This document shows, piece after piece, positions 37,201 to 45,774 of a stretch of 64,000 nucleotides of DNA. The notes under the pieces are model-generated. The model was not told the origin of the DNA. It did no database searches and worked only from the letters and a program-made list of their open reading frames with translations. Both the position numbers and the translations under genes were made by a program. Each line of letters begins with the position of its first letter. The stretch's first letter is position 1. This DNA is from a virus (taxonomy: Duplodnaviria > Heunggongvirae > Uroviricota > Caudoviricetes), in the IMG/VR virus record IMGVR_UViG_3300028833_000055, positions 174,446 through 238,445 of that record, one strand, 5' to 3'.

Positions 37201-39495
37201 ATGAAAAAATTAAATAATATTCTTAATCGTGAAGATTATCTAAATGCTGTAAATGAAGGAAGAATAGGTGATTTTTTGAAGAGAGGTGTTCAAAAAATAA
37301 AAGAATTATTCTTTATTTGTGCAAAAAAGATAAAAAATATCATTACAGTGTTTGACTCAACAGGAAACATACTTCCTGTCACTTCTCCACAATCAATCGC
37401 AGATTATTTTCGTAACAACAAAGATATCACTGTTGTTGGAACAAAATCTATGAATGACGAAATCAAGAAACTCGGTGGAACCGGATGCAATACAGAGATA
37501 AAACCAAAAACAGAGGATTCATATAAAGATGATTCACCAGATGGTGTTGAATATTTTAAATGGATTGAATCTGGGTATAAAGATTCAAATGTGAGAAAGA
37601 ATTTACTCACACTTCAAAAAATATTTGAATCTAGGAATATACCTATGGAAAACATACTAAACGAAGGGTCACTTAGAAAGGAAGACTCTATAAATTATTC
37701 CGGTAAAGAAACCGAAGAGGTTAAAAATTATTCAACTTTAACAACAGAAAAATTTGAAGAACTTCTTACAGAAAGAATAAATTATTATTGTAAGGACGGT
37801 AAAAACAATAACGAAAAATGGCCCGAAGGATTAGGAAATATGTTAGTTTTAGGTGCACCAGGTATTGGTAAATCAACAATACCGGAAGCACTTGTAATGG
37901 CGTTTAACGAAGAAAAATCCGAAGCAGACAGGATAGCGCTTATTTCCGTAAACTGTGCAAACATCAACCCTGGAGACCTTTTAATGCCAAGAATGCCGAG
38001 AAAAAAAGAGATTTATGATTATGTTACTAATAATTATGACGCTCTGAAAGGTGTAGAATTTATGAAAGATTTAAGTCCAGAAAAAAAGCAATTATTAGCA
38101 AAAGAAATAAACAAAACTGGACAATTTGAGGCGGCAAGTGCTCCACAACCTTGGTTACCTTGTTATAGAATTTCAGAAAACAAATCTCTTAATAGAATAT
38201 TAGATGCTGTTGCAAACGGAAACAAGATGTATACGGGTAAAGATGTTGAAGAAGAGGATATGTTTTCCGGTAAGAAATATTTGGAACCCGGTGTTGAAAG
38301 AACGGGTTCCGGTGGTATAATCCTTTTCGATGAGTTCTTACGTTGTGACCCAAGTATTTTTAATGAATTGATGACATTCCTTCTTGATAGAAGACTTCAA
38401 GGTTGGCAACTTGGTTCAAAATGGTTTATTGTAGCTTGTGCAAACAGACCTTGTGATGATTCGAAATCACAAGCAGGCTGGGAAGAAATAAAGGCGGCAC
38501 CAGCACAAGACCGTTGGTGTCAGATTTTCCATCTCGACCCGAATCCGGAAATGTGGAAAAAATGGGCAAGGAAAAAAGGTTTTGATGAAATTTTGTTGGA
38601 CTTTATGTTTGACGAAGACAATAAAAAAGGTGACGAGTTCTTCAATTGGTATAGAGCATCTGACGCAAATAAAGACAGTGAAGGACACAAACCTGTTACA
38701 CCACGTAACTGGGTTAGAGCACAAGGTGCCCTCATAAACTATATGATTGATAATAAAGATAGGTTTGGAAATGATTATAGTATTTCGAAAATGTCTATAA
38801 ATGAAGTGACAGAAGTTTTAAAGGGATATTTTGACGATACATTTATAGTAGAACTTACTACCTGGTTAAAACAAAATTGTAAAGGTTTAAAAATATCAGA
38901 AGTTATAGAAAAACCATTGACAACACCAATGCCTATAGGTGAAAACTTGAATGAAGTTAAAATAATGAAGAGTTTGTTCAAACAAATGGTTAACAGATAT
39001 ACAAAAGGAAAGAGTAAAATCGCTCCAACAGATGAAGAGTTAACAAACATTATGATTTGGATTGGAAGAAATTTCAAGAAGAATATCAATGTTGTTGCAT
39101 CTGAGTTTATGTATAAACTACATTATGGTTTGAAAGATGTTGGTTTTTGGGATTTCCACAAATTCGGTCTTATGTTTATGGCCGCTTTTCCAGAAGAGGA
39201 TTATATGGAAGTTATAGATTATCCGGAATTGAAAAAATGTTTATGCGATAAATCACATGGAGATGGACGCACAGACTTTTTCTTAAACGAAGATGACGAT
39301 ATTCTTGAAAAGGTAAAAGAATTTGCAAAAGAATTCTTCCCTTGGAGATTAAATAAAAATGGAGATTTATTAACCGTATATGAAGAAGAACCTGTTGAAT
39401 ATGATGCTGATAAAATGAAGAGTGAAACTGAAGCCGATTTAAAAGATGACTTTGACGAACTTGAAAATGAAGCAAAAAATAGAGAAAATAAATAA
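37201..39495 (+). CDS. AAA+ ATPase, MoxR/CobS-like (AAA_5) with a long N-terminal extension
   Basis: Walker A LVLGAPGIGKST; Walker B IILFDEF; sensor-1 region VACANRP; adjacent vWA partner gene. Confidence 0.75.
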   Translation: MKKLNNILNREDYLNAVNEGRIGDFLKRGVQKIKELFFICAKKIKNIITVFDSTGNILPVTSPQSIADYFRNNKDITVVGTKSMNDEIKKLGGTGCNTEIKPKTEDSYKDDSPDGVEYFKWIESGYKDSNVRKNLLTLQKIFESRNIPMENILNEGSLRKEDSINYSGKETEEVKNYSTLTTEKFEELLTERINYYCKDGKNNNEKWPEGLGNMLVLGAPGIGKSTIPEALVMAFNEEKSEADRIALISVNCANINPGDLLMPRMPRKKEIYDYVTNNYDALKGVEFMKDLSPEKKQLLAKEINKTGQFEAASAPQPWLPCYRISENKSLNRILDAVANGNKMYTGKDVEEEDMFSGKKYLEPGVERTGSGGIILFDEFLRCDPSIFNELMTFLLDRRLQGWQLGSKWFIVACANRPCDDSKSQAGWEEIKAAPAQDRWCQIFHLDPNPEMWKKWARKKGFDEILLDFMFDEDNKKGDEFFNWYRASDANKDSEGHKPVTPRNWVRAQGALINYMIDNKDRFGNDYSISKMSINEVTEVLKGYFDDTFIVELTTWLKQNCKGLKISEVIEKPLTTPMPIGENLNEVKIMKSLFKQMVNRYTKGKSKIAPTDEELTNIMIWIGRNFKKNINVVASEFMYKLHYGLKDVGFWDFHKFGLMFMAAFPEEDYMEVIDYPELKKCLCDKSHGDGRTDFFLNEDDDILEKVKEFAKEFFPWRLNKNGDLLTVYEEEPVEYDADKMKSETEADLKDDFDELENEAKNRENK

Positions 39496-39505
39496 AAGAA
39501 TAAAC

Positions 39506-39536
39506 AAAAAGGCGGTCAATCGACCGCCTTTTTTTA
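39506..39536. terminator. bidirectional terminator between convergent genes
   Basis: GGCGGTC-aatc-GACCGCC then T7; preceded by an A-run. Confidence 0.75.
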
Positions 39537-40661
39537 TATCATAATAATATCAAGTTCATCATCAGAGAAACACTCTTCTATAATATCACTTTTGAGATAA
39601 TCCTTTCTCTGCAAGTCGTTCAAGTCTTTCACTTTCTCCTTTATCCCGCATTTCTTGACATAGAGTTCCCATAGAAAGACTTTCTTGTGTTTCTTCAGTT
39701 TCTTTATCGCCTCCGCCTTGCCGGCCTTGTCCTTGTCGAATACATACCTGACATTTTCAGACTCGTCGAAATAGTCGTTCATTTTTTTCGCCCCCTGTAA
39801 CGCCACACAGTTATCGAGAGAAAGACTGTCGATAGGACCTTCCACTATGGTTATGGTCTTGTTCATATTGATATTCATAATGTTGAATATACCGGAGATT
39901 TTCTCTATGTTCGCCACGACATTCTCTATTCCGTCTTCCTCCTCTATGTATTTTTCACCGAGTTCTTTTTTCGAAAATAACTTCTCTATGATTTCCAGTG
40001 AAGTTACACCGAACACATCCTTGTACATCCAGGTGAGGTTTCTTGTAAGGTATCTCGGTTTCTGTGACAACGGGTCGAGCTGTCTTATCTGATACCCTAT
40101 TACCCTGTCGTTCTGTGTGGTGTTGAGTATGTACAGTTCCTTTGACGATGGTCTGTATGCAAAACAGTTCCATTTCGAGATGTCTATCTTTCTGCTTTTC
40201 AGATATGTACTGCACTCCTCATTCTTGTACGGTGATACTATCCCCAGTTTTTCAAATAAAATCTTCTTCGGTATGGCGAGTTCCTCTATCACCGAATACA
40301 CCATAGACGATTGTGTCGTGGCGTATCTTTTTTCGAAATGCTTGGCGTTCTGTTGTATTTCACGAACCGCTATCTTGTCGGAAAGGGAAAGTTCCTGTCC
40401 GAATGTCTTAAGAAGAGAGAGAACACCATAGTGTGAACCGCAGTTATAACAGTGGAACTGCATAGAGTTGAAGTAAAGGTTTCCTCTTTTCTTTCTGCTA
40501 TTATGCAGTGAATCACCACACACGGGACACGAAAAAGCGAACCTGTCGTGGTAAACGTCTATCTTTCTCTTGTTATAACTGTCTTTGGAGAATTTCTTGT
40601 CGAGTATCTTCTGAAGTTTCTCCTGTATGACTTGTATCAAATCATAGTCGGAATCGTTCAT
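39534..40661 (-). CDS. DnaG-type DNA primase (zinc finger + TOPRIM)
   Basis: CPVCGDS...HCYNCGSH zinc-binding region at the N-terminus; TOPRIM-like IVEGPIDSLSL and acidic FDKDKAG. Confidence 0.65.
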   Translation of the reverse strand: MNDSDYDLIQVIQEKLQKILDKKFSKDSYNKRKIDVYHDRFAFSCPVCGDSLHNSRKKRGNLYFNSMQFHCYNCGSHYGVLSLLKTFGQELSLSDKIAVREIQQNAKHFEKRYATTQSSMVYSVIEELAIPKKILFEKLGIVSPYKNEECSTYLKSRKIDISKWNCFAYRPSSKELYILNTTQNDRVIGYQIRQLDPLSQKPRYLTRNLTWMYKDVFGVTSLEIIEKLFSKKELGEKYIEEEDGIENVVANIEKISGIFNIMNINMNKTITIVEGPIDSLSLDNCVALQGAKKMNDYFDESENVRYVFDKDKAGKAEAIKKLKKHKKVFLWELYVKKCGIKEKVKDLNDLQRKDYLKSDIIEECFSDDELDIIMI

Positions 40662-40663
40662 AT

Positions 40664-41137
40664 CTATTTGTTTAAAATGTTGATGGCGTCAACGGCCATT
40701 TCCCAGTCAATACCGCTTTCCCAGCTGCTTTCTATTATGTGTCCCTCTTGTGAGGGAAGCATATCGAAAGTGTCATCGTCTATAATTACATAGTTTGTCA
40801 CTTCCGGATGACCGTTGAGCCACATTTGAATTTCATCACCTCTTCCGTATTTGTCGTGGTCGATTAAATTCGGAGTAACCCCAATCGTATATTCGGACAA
40901 CGAATATGGGTTTCCATCGACATAAGGTGTCTCTGGATTCGTGATATACGATAAAGTACTTTCCAGTGTGTTCATCCTCCAAGAAGAGGATATGACTATC
41001 TTCGCCCCCGTTTCTTTGCAGATATGGGCAATCAAATCCATCTTTTTGGGCATAAGCGCCCAGTTGGATAGATTACAAGTAATCACTCCGTCAAAATCCA
41101 AAAATATAACTTTCATTTCTTTTCTCCTCTTGCACAA
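40664..41137 (-). CDS. HAD-superfamily hydrolase-like protein
   Basis: Motif I KVIFLDFDGVIT at the N-terminus; 157 aa. Confidence 0.45.
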   Translation of the reverse strand: MCKRRKEMKVIFLDFDGVITCNLSNWALMPKKMDLIAHICKETGAKIVISSSWRMNTLESTLSYITNPETPYVDGNPYSLSEYTIGVTPNLIDHDKYGRGDEIQMWLNGHPEVTNYVIIDDDTFDMLPSQEGHIIESSWESGIDWEMAVDAINILNK

Positions 41138-41352
41138 AAGAAATCATCAAGCGGGTTCCAAGAATACCAAGAATCTTCACATTGACAAGGACACACTGAA
41201 TCCGGAAATTCCAGACTTCTTCCCTCCACGTCCCCGTCATCATAGGATTCCTTTACGGACGGTCTGTGCTTACAGTCCTTGCATTTGACCACACCGCTTC
41301 CATCTTGAAAACCCTTCTGATAACCTTCATCATATACCATATCCATTACCAT
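41113..41352 (-). CDS. small Cys-rich (zinc-ribbon-like) protein
   Basis: CKDCKH ... CPCQCED. Confidence 0.3.
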   Translation of the reverse strand: MVMDMVYDEGYQKGFQDGSGVVKCKDCKHRPSVKESYDDGDVEGRSLEFPDSVCPCQCEDSWYSWNPLDDFFCARGEKK

Positions 41353-41355
41353 ACA

Positions 41356-41604
41356 CTAAACATTTTCTATAGATACTATGTGCTCTATGTTTATAAGGGT
41401 TTTCTTTTCATAGACATTTGTGGATAATATTATAAAATTGTTATCCAAATCTATTTTTTCCAAGGTTCCTATATAATCGGAACTTTGATATCCGTTTATG
41501 CCTATCAGTGTTCTAACACGGACAGTCTTGTTTAAAAAATAATCCATACTCATATTGTTTAAGTTTAAATTGAATTCCAGATAATATATATTGTGTATAT
41601 GCAA
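41356..41604 (-). CDS. hypothetical small protein
   Basis: 82-aa ORF; the start may be the internal Met (MSMDYF, 41553), avoiding overlap with the upstream gene. Confidence 0.3.
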   Translation of the reverse strand: MHIHNIYYLEFNLNLNNMSMDYFLNKTVRVRTLIGINGYQSSDYIGTLEKIDLDNNFIILSTNVYEKKTLINIEHIVSIENV

Positions 41605-41768
41605 GATACATCGAAAAGTATCGAAAGTATTATGCAGTTTATCATTCCCATTCTTTTGCCTTCTTTCCAGTCCCTTTTATAAAGAGGCATTGTATCTATC
41701 ACTTCGTATGATAGGCACACGGCGGCGACCACATATACTATTGTATAAAATATAGCAGTTCCTATCAT
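41565..41768 (-). CDS. small 2-TM membrane protein (tandem paralogue A)
   Basis: 67 aa; TM - PLYKRDWKEGKRM - TM. Confidence 0.35.
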   Translation of the reverse strand: MIGTAIFYTIVYVVAAVCLSYEVIDTMPLYKRDWKEGKRMGMINCIILSILFDVSCIYTIYIIWNSI

Positions 41769-41776
41769 AATCTATT

Positions 41777-41983
41777 CTAAATTTTAATCCATATTCTAAT
41801 CAGACTGAATATAATACTTGCATAAAAAAGTGTTATGATAAATAAAAAATTTATCACTTCCATTTTACTATCGTTATTCCATTTGTTTTTCAAGAAAGGT
41901 ATCATATTGACAACCGTATAAAATACCAATGACATAACAATCGTTAATATTATCGTGAAAAAAATCGCTATCACCAAAACCAT
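41777..41983 (-). CDS. small 2-TM membrane protein (tandem paralogue B)
   Basis: 68 aa; TM - PFLKNKWNNDSKM - TM; same architecture as the neighbour. Confidence 0.35.
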   Translation of the reverse strand: MVLVIAIFFTIILTIVMSLVFYTVVNMIPFLKNKWNNDSKMEVINFLFIITLFYASIIFSLIRIWIKI

Positions 41984-41986
41984 AAT

Positions 41987-42400
41987 CTATTCTATTTTAG
42001 TTACGTAAATATATTCCGGATGTTCTCCAAACACTATGTGTGTCATATTGCAAATCCAGACTTCATTAAACGCTTCTCTCCACATATCCTTATCTCCTTC
42101 GGATAATTTGGTTTCGTCAACCTGACTGTACATCTTGCCCATCATCTGATTGAAGAACGGACCCATAATATTGTACCAGGCGCCTTCGTCATCGTGTTCC
42201 TTTATGGACATCTTCAACTGGTACTGCTTCGGTTCTTCCGTAGTCAAAGTCAAGATAAGCTCCTTTCTTCCGTCGGCCATATCGTCAAGGACAAATTCAG
42301 TACCGAGAACCATTTCGTTGGCTTCTTTCGGAACACCCGGTATGTCGGCATACCATTTTCCGTCACAATCCTTATAAAATCTTAATCTAATGTTTTCCAT
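41987..42400 (-). CDS. hypothetical protein
   Basis: 137-aa ORF; conserved promoter motif 14 nt upstream. Confidence 0.45.
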   Translation of the reverse strand: MENIRLRFYKDCDGKWYADIPGVPKEANEMVLGTEFVLDDMADGRKELILTLTTEEPKQYQLKMSIKEHDDEGAWYNIMGPFFNQMMGKMYSQVDETKLSEGDKDMWREAFNEVWICNMTHIVFGEHPEYIYVTKIE

Positions 42401-42413
42401 TATATATATTTTT

Positions 42414-42431
42414 TACAAAGATACTATTTTA
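42414..42431 (-). promoter_or_regulatory. conserved promoter-like motif TACAAAGATACTATTTTA
   Basis: Fourth copy. Confidence 0.4.
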
Positions 42432-42456
42432 TTTCGAGATTATCCCTTTGGTCTTG

Positions 42457-42801
42457 TTAAAACATATATTCATCAAGTGAATTTATATATGAACTTTCAC
42501 CGTATTTTTTGATAAGTTCTTTTTCGTCCTTGCCACAATAATATGATTTCTCGTTTTGATATATGTGGAGACGCTCGTTGTCCAAGTTGACATATCTAAA
42601 AACAAATTCTTCAACAAGCACCTTGTCATAAACAAGGTCTCCGTCATCGTCTTCAAAATGAGTATGTGTTGGTTTTCCAATAAAATCTTTGTAAAAAATC
42701 AACGCAATTTTTTTACCCTTGTATGATATTTTTTTAACAAGAACACCTTCAGAGTCAAAACCATCAAACTCTCTACAATATGTAATCCTAATGTTTATCA
42801 T
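42457..42801 (-). CDS. hypothetical protein
   Basis: 114-aa ORF. Confidence 0.4.
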   Translation of the reverse strand: MINIRITYCREFDGFDSEGVLVKKISYKGKKIALIFYKDFIGKPTHTHFEDDDGDLVYDKVLVEEFVFRYVNLDNERLHIYQNEKSYYCGKDEKELIKKYGESSYINSLDEYMF

Positions 42802-42840
42802 AAATTTAATGTTTACAAGACTAAATGGGATAATTCCGTT

Positions 42841-43083
42841 TTATTTTGATATACTGTCATTTATATCCTGCAAAGAGAAGTTTCCGTATTTCTTATGGAG
42901 GATTTCCATAAATTCGTCCTCCTCCTTTTTTATTTCTTTCAGTTTAAGTTGCTCATCCGAAATACTTCCTTGTATCTTCTCCGCTTCCTTTTTGAGGTTC
43001 TCGACATTCACACTTATGGAGCGATACCTGTCTATGAACATTCTTATTTCGAATTTTTCCTCTTCCGTCAAATTTATCTTCAT
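42841..43083 (-). CDS. small coiled-coil protein
   Basis: 80 aa, charged heptad-like. Confidence 0.3.
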   Translation of the reverse strand: MKINLTEEEKFEIRMFIDRYRSISVNVENLKKEAEKIQGSISDEQLKLKEIKKEEDEFMEILHKKYGNFSLQDINDSISK

Positions 43084-43084
43084 A

Positions 43085-43354
43085 CTATTCCTCTATCTTG
43101 GCGAATATGAACGACTCCCTTATACAGTCGTATATGACACCGTTCAGTTTTATTGGAGTGCTTCTTCCAATCGGTTTTATTATTATATCACCGGGTTTGA
43201 GGTGACTGTTCTCGTTCACTTTCAATACCCTTGAAAACCTGTTGTATTTGTCATCCGGTATGTATATTCCGGATTTCGTCTGTTCGTTTACAATATCCTT
43301 TATGATAATGTAGTCGTTCTTTAATTCTATCGGTAAATCGTATTTTTCTTCCAT
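43085..43354 (-). CDS. GroES-like co-chaperonin (Hsp10; analogous in role to T4 gp31)
   Basis: IELKNDYIIIKDIV.EQTKSGIYIPDD...VLKV...LKPGDIII...IKLNGVIYDCIRESFIFAKIE parallels GroES I.PL.DRVLVK..E.E.KT.GGI.LPD...VVAVG...VKVGD.VLF....IDGEEYLI.RESDILAVI; a start at the second Met (43354) is preferred over the track start 43387. Confidence 0.65.
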   Translation of the reverse strand: MEEKYDLPIELKNDYIIIKDIVNEQTKSGIYIPDDKYNRFSRVLKVNENSHLKPGDIIIKPIGRSTPIKLNGVIYDCIRESFIFAKIEE

Positions 43355-43420
43355 ACTATAAAGATAACAAAAAATCAAGAAAACCATAAATATAATGAAA
43401 AATAAAATGAAACGTTAGAG

Positions 43421-44275
43421 ATGGCTTCCAAGAAGAGTGATGTCAAATTCAAATATGTGAATGTTATCCCCCAAGAGGTGAACTCGGGAACATTCTACTG
43501 GAAATACGAGGACGGACATAATCAGTTGTATTTCTCACCGACCGATGACAGAAGGGATATTTTGCGGCTGGATAACATAATATCCGGTGAAAGTGGTTCT
43601 ATGGTTCCGACGAAGAATATCGTTCTTGTCGGAATATATGATGCACCCGATAATACCAATATGATGGACCAGAATACCGGTGAAACCTTTTCGTGGAGTG
43701 ACAGTGACTGGGAAAACTATGTAAAGGATATTACCGAAAGTAGTAAATACGGAAATCTTTCGGAAAAACCTTTCGTAGTAGGAAATGTCGTGGTGTGCGG
43801 TAACAGGGAATTTATATGCAAGTCGTCCAAACCTTCATACGAGACAACCGATTTGCAAGGTATAATTGTCTATATGAGCAAGAACGGTGGAGTGTGTGAA
43901 GATGAAAACGGAAACCCTATCACTGTGAGCAGTGGAATGATACCGGATGATGTTCTGGTTGTAAGGTATGATACTCTCATATGGGAAACTTTCGGTGACA
44001 ACCTTTCACAGGAACTCGCACAGAAGATTGCCGATTTCAATATGGAAATATACGGAAGTGCAACGATAAATGTCGATGCAACTTCCGATGGTGAATATAC
44101 CCTTTCCGTAGTACTCAAAGAACAAAATCCGTTAACACTCTCTGTCAACCAAGATGGTGACGAGGAATTTACATTAAGTGACCCCAATGATGACGGAGAC
44201 CAGATACTGATGTCCGCCAATCAGATAAAGGAAATGTTGAATGAAGCGATACCTAAATGGAGGAATAACTTGTAG
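43421..44275 (+). CDS. hypothetical acidic protein
   Basis: 284-aa ORF. Confidence 0.45.
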   Translation: MASKKSDVKFKYVNVIPQEVNSGTFYWKYEDGHNQLYFSPTDDRRDILRLDNIISGESGSMVPTKNIVLVGIYDAPDNTNMMDQNTGETFSWSDSDWENYVKDITESSKYGNLSEKPFVVGNVVVCGNREFICKSSKPSYETTDLQGIIVYMSKNGGVCEDENGNPITVSSGMIPDDVLVVRYDTLIWETFGDNLSQELAQKIADFNMEIYGSATINVDATSDGEYTLSVVLKEQNPLTLSVNQDGDEEFTLSDPNDDGDQILMSANQIKEMLNEAIPKWRNNL

Positions 44276-45772
44276 TTAAAATACAAGTTTCTTTATCTCA
44301 AACGGAAATCCCGCCATATCATAGAGTTTCAACCGTTCACGGGCGTGGTTCATCTCATAACATCCCTTGTACAAATCGTCTGCGATGTCGTAGATGTTCA
44401 CGAAGTTCTTTCCTATGCTGTCGTTCTTTCTTAATCCACGACCGATACTTTGTAAAACTGTACTCATTGATTTATAACTACTTACAAAAAATACATTGAA
44501 GATATTGTCAATGGATATACCCGTCGAACTTGTTCCGAATGAAGCAACAAGAACGACATCGTTCTTTCTCTCCATCCTGTCCCTGATTTCAGCCCTTACC
44601 TTCTTGTCTATGTCTCCGTCGATATAGTACGCCATCTTGCCGGTATTCTCCTTAATCCACTTGAATATCTTCTTTCCGTATTCCTTGTTCTTGAACAACA
44701 CCATAGTGTTCTTGTCGGTTGCCGCTATGAGTTTCATAATGATTTCAAATCTTTTCTCGGATTCGTTGACGAAATCGTTTTCGAGCTTGTACATCTTGGC
44801 ACCGTTACCGGTTCTGACACACTCCTTCTTGGCGTTCTTGAACAGTTCCTTCTGTTTCTCATTCGTATAGTCGAGACGCACTTGCTTAATCTTGCACTTG
44901 GATATGAAACCCTCCTCCTGAAGTTTGGATGCCGGTATGTCAACCACTATCGGTCCGAAGTTCTTTATAAGGGTGAGTCCGTCTGCATATTTCGTACTCG
45001 GTATGGTTCCCGATATTCCGAAACGATACGGACACTTCAGCATCTCGGAAATCTTGATTTGTGAAGCGGATGTGGCCGTATGCACCTCGTCCGTCAGAAC
45101 ACATCCGAACTTACTGAAATATTCCGGACACTCTTCCCTCAACGACTGGTATGTTCCGATGAATATGTTTGCATCCGGTGTAACCTTGCAACCGGAATAA
45201 ATCTGCTGTATCTTTATCGGGAACTTTCCACCGTTGTATTCCGTAAAGTCACCGGTCGGTTGTAAAACCAGGTCCACCTTCGGTACTACCATACAGACCT
45301 TATCCACACACTTTTTGTAGTAGAGAAGATACATAAACACCATAAACGCTATGAATGTCTTTCCACCGCCGGTGGCGACCTGAATCATACACTTGCGGTT
45401 TCTCAACATATTGTATGCGGCATCAATCTGGTAATATCTCGGTTTCTTCTTGCAGTTTGAGAAAAGGTCGTCCATACAGTTCTTGAAGTCGTCATACTCC
45501 AGTTCCGTATCAAACAGTCTTTCGAGTCCGTCTATCTGACAGTCGAAATGATATTTCTCACAGATGTCAAAGAGATATCCGTATGAGGTGGCGGGAAGGT
45601 ATTTTCCCGTCATAAAATTTATCTTGCCGTTCCAAAGTCCGTTCTTGTATTTCGGATTGAAACGGTAGTTCTGAACCTCCTTGTCAAACGACACCTTTAA
45701 CTGCTCATATTCAGGTGTGGTACAAGAGTCTATTATGAGATATTCACAATCTTCGCTTAAATGCAATATCAT
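44276..45772 (-). CDS. superfamily-2 DEAD/DEAH-box helicase
   Basis: Walker A QVATGGGKTFIA; motif II VLTDEVHTA; C-terminal helicase domain. Confidence 0.8.
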   Translation of the reverse strand: MILHLSEDCEYLIIDSCTTPEYEQLKVSFDKEVQNYRFNPKYKNGLWNGKINFMTGKYLPATSYGYLFDICEKYHFDCQIDGLERLFDTELEYDDFKNCMDDLFSNCKKKPRYYQIDAAYNMLRNRKCMIQVATGGGKTFIAFMVFMYLLYYKKCVDKVCMVVPKVDLVLQPTGDFTEYNGGKFPIKIQQIYSGCKVTPDANIFIGTYQSLREECPEYFSKFGCVLTDEVHTATSASQIKISEMLKCPYRFGISGTIPSTKYADGLTLIKNFGPIVVDIPASKLQEEGFISKCKIKQVRLDYTNEKQKELFKNAKKECVRTGNGAKMYKLENDFVNESEKRFEIIMKLIAATDKNTMVLFKNKEYGKKIFKWIKENTGKMAYYIDGDIDKKVRAEIRDRMERKNDVVLVASFGTSSTGISIDNIFNVFFVSSYKSMSTVLQSIGRGLRKNDSIGKNFVNIYDIADDLYKGCYEMNHARERLKLYDMAGFPFEIKKLVF

Positions 45773-45774
45773 AA

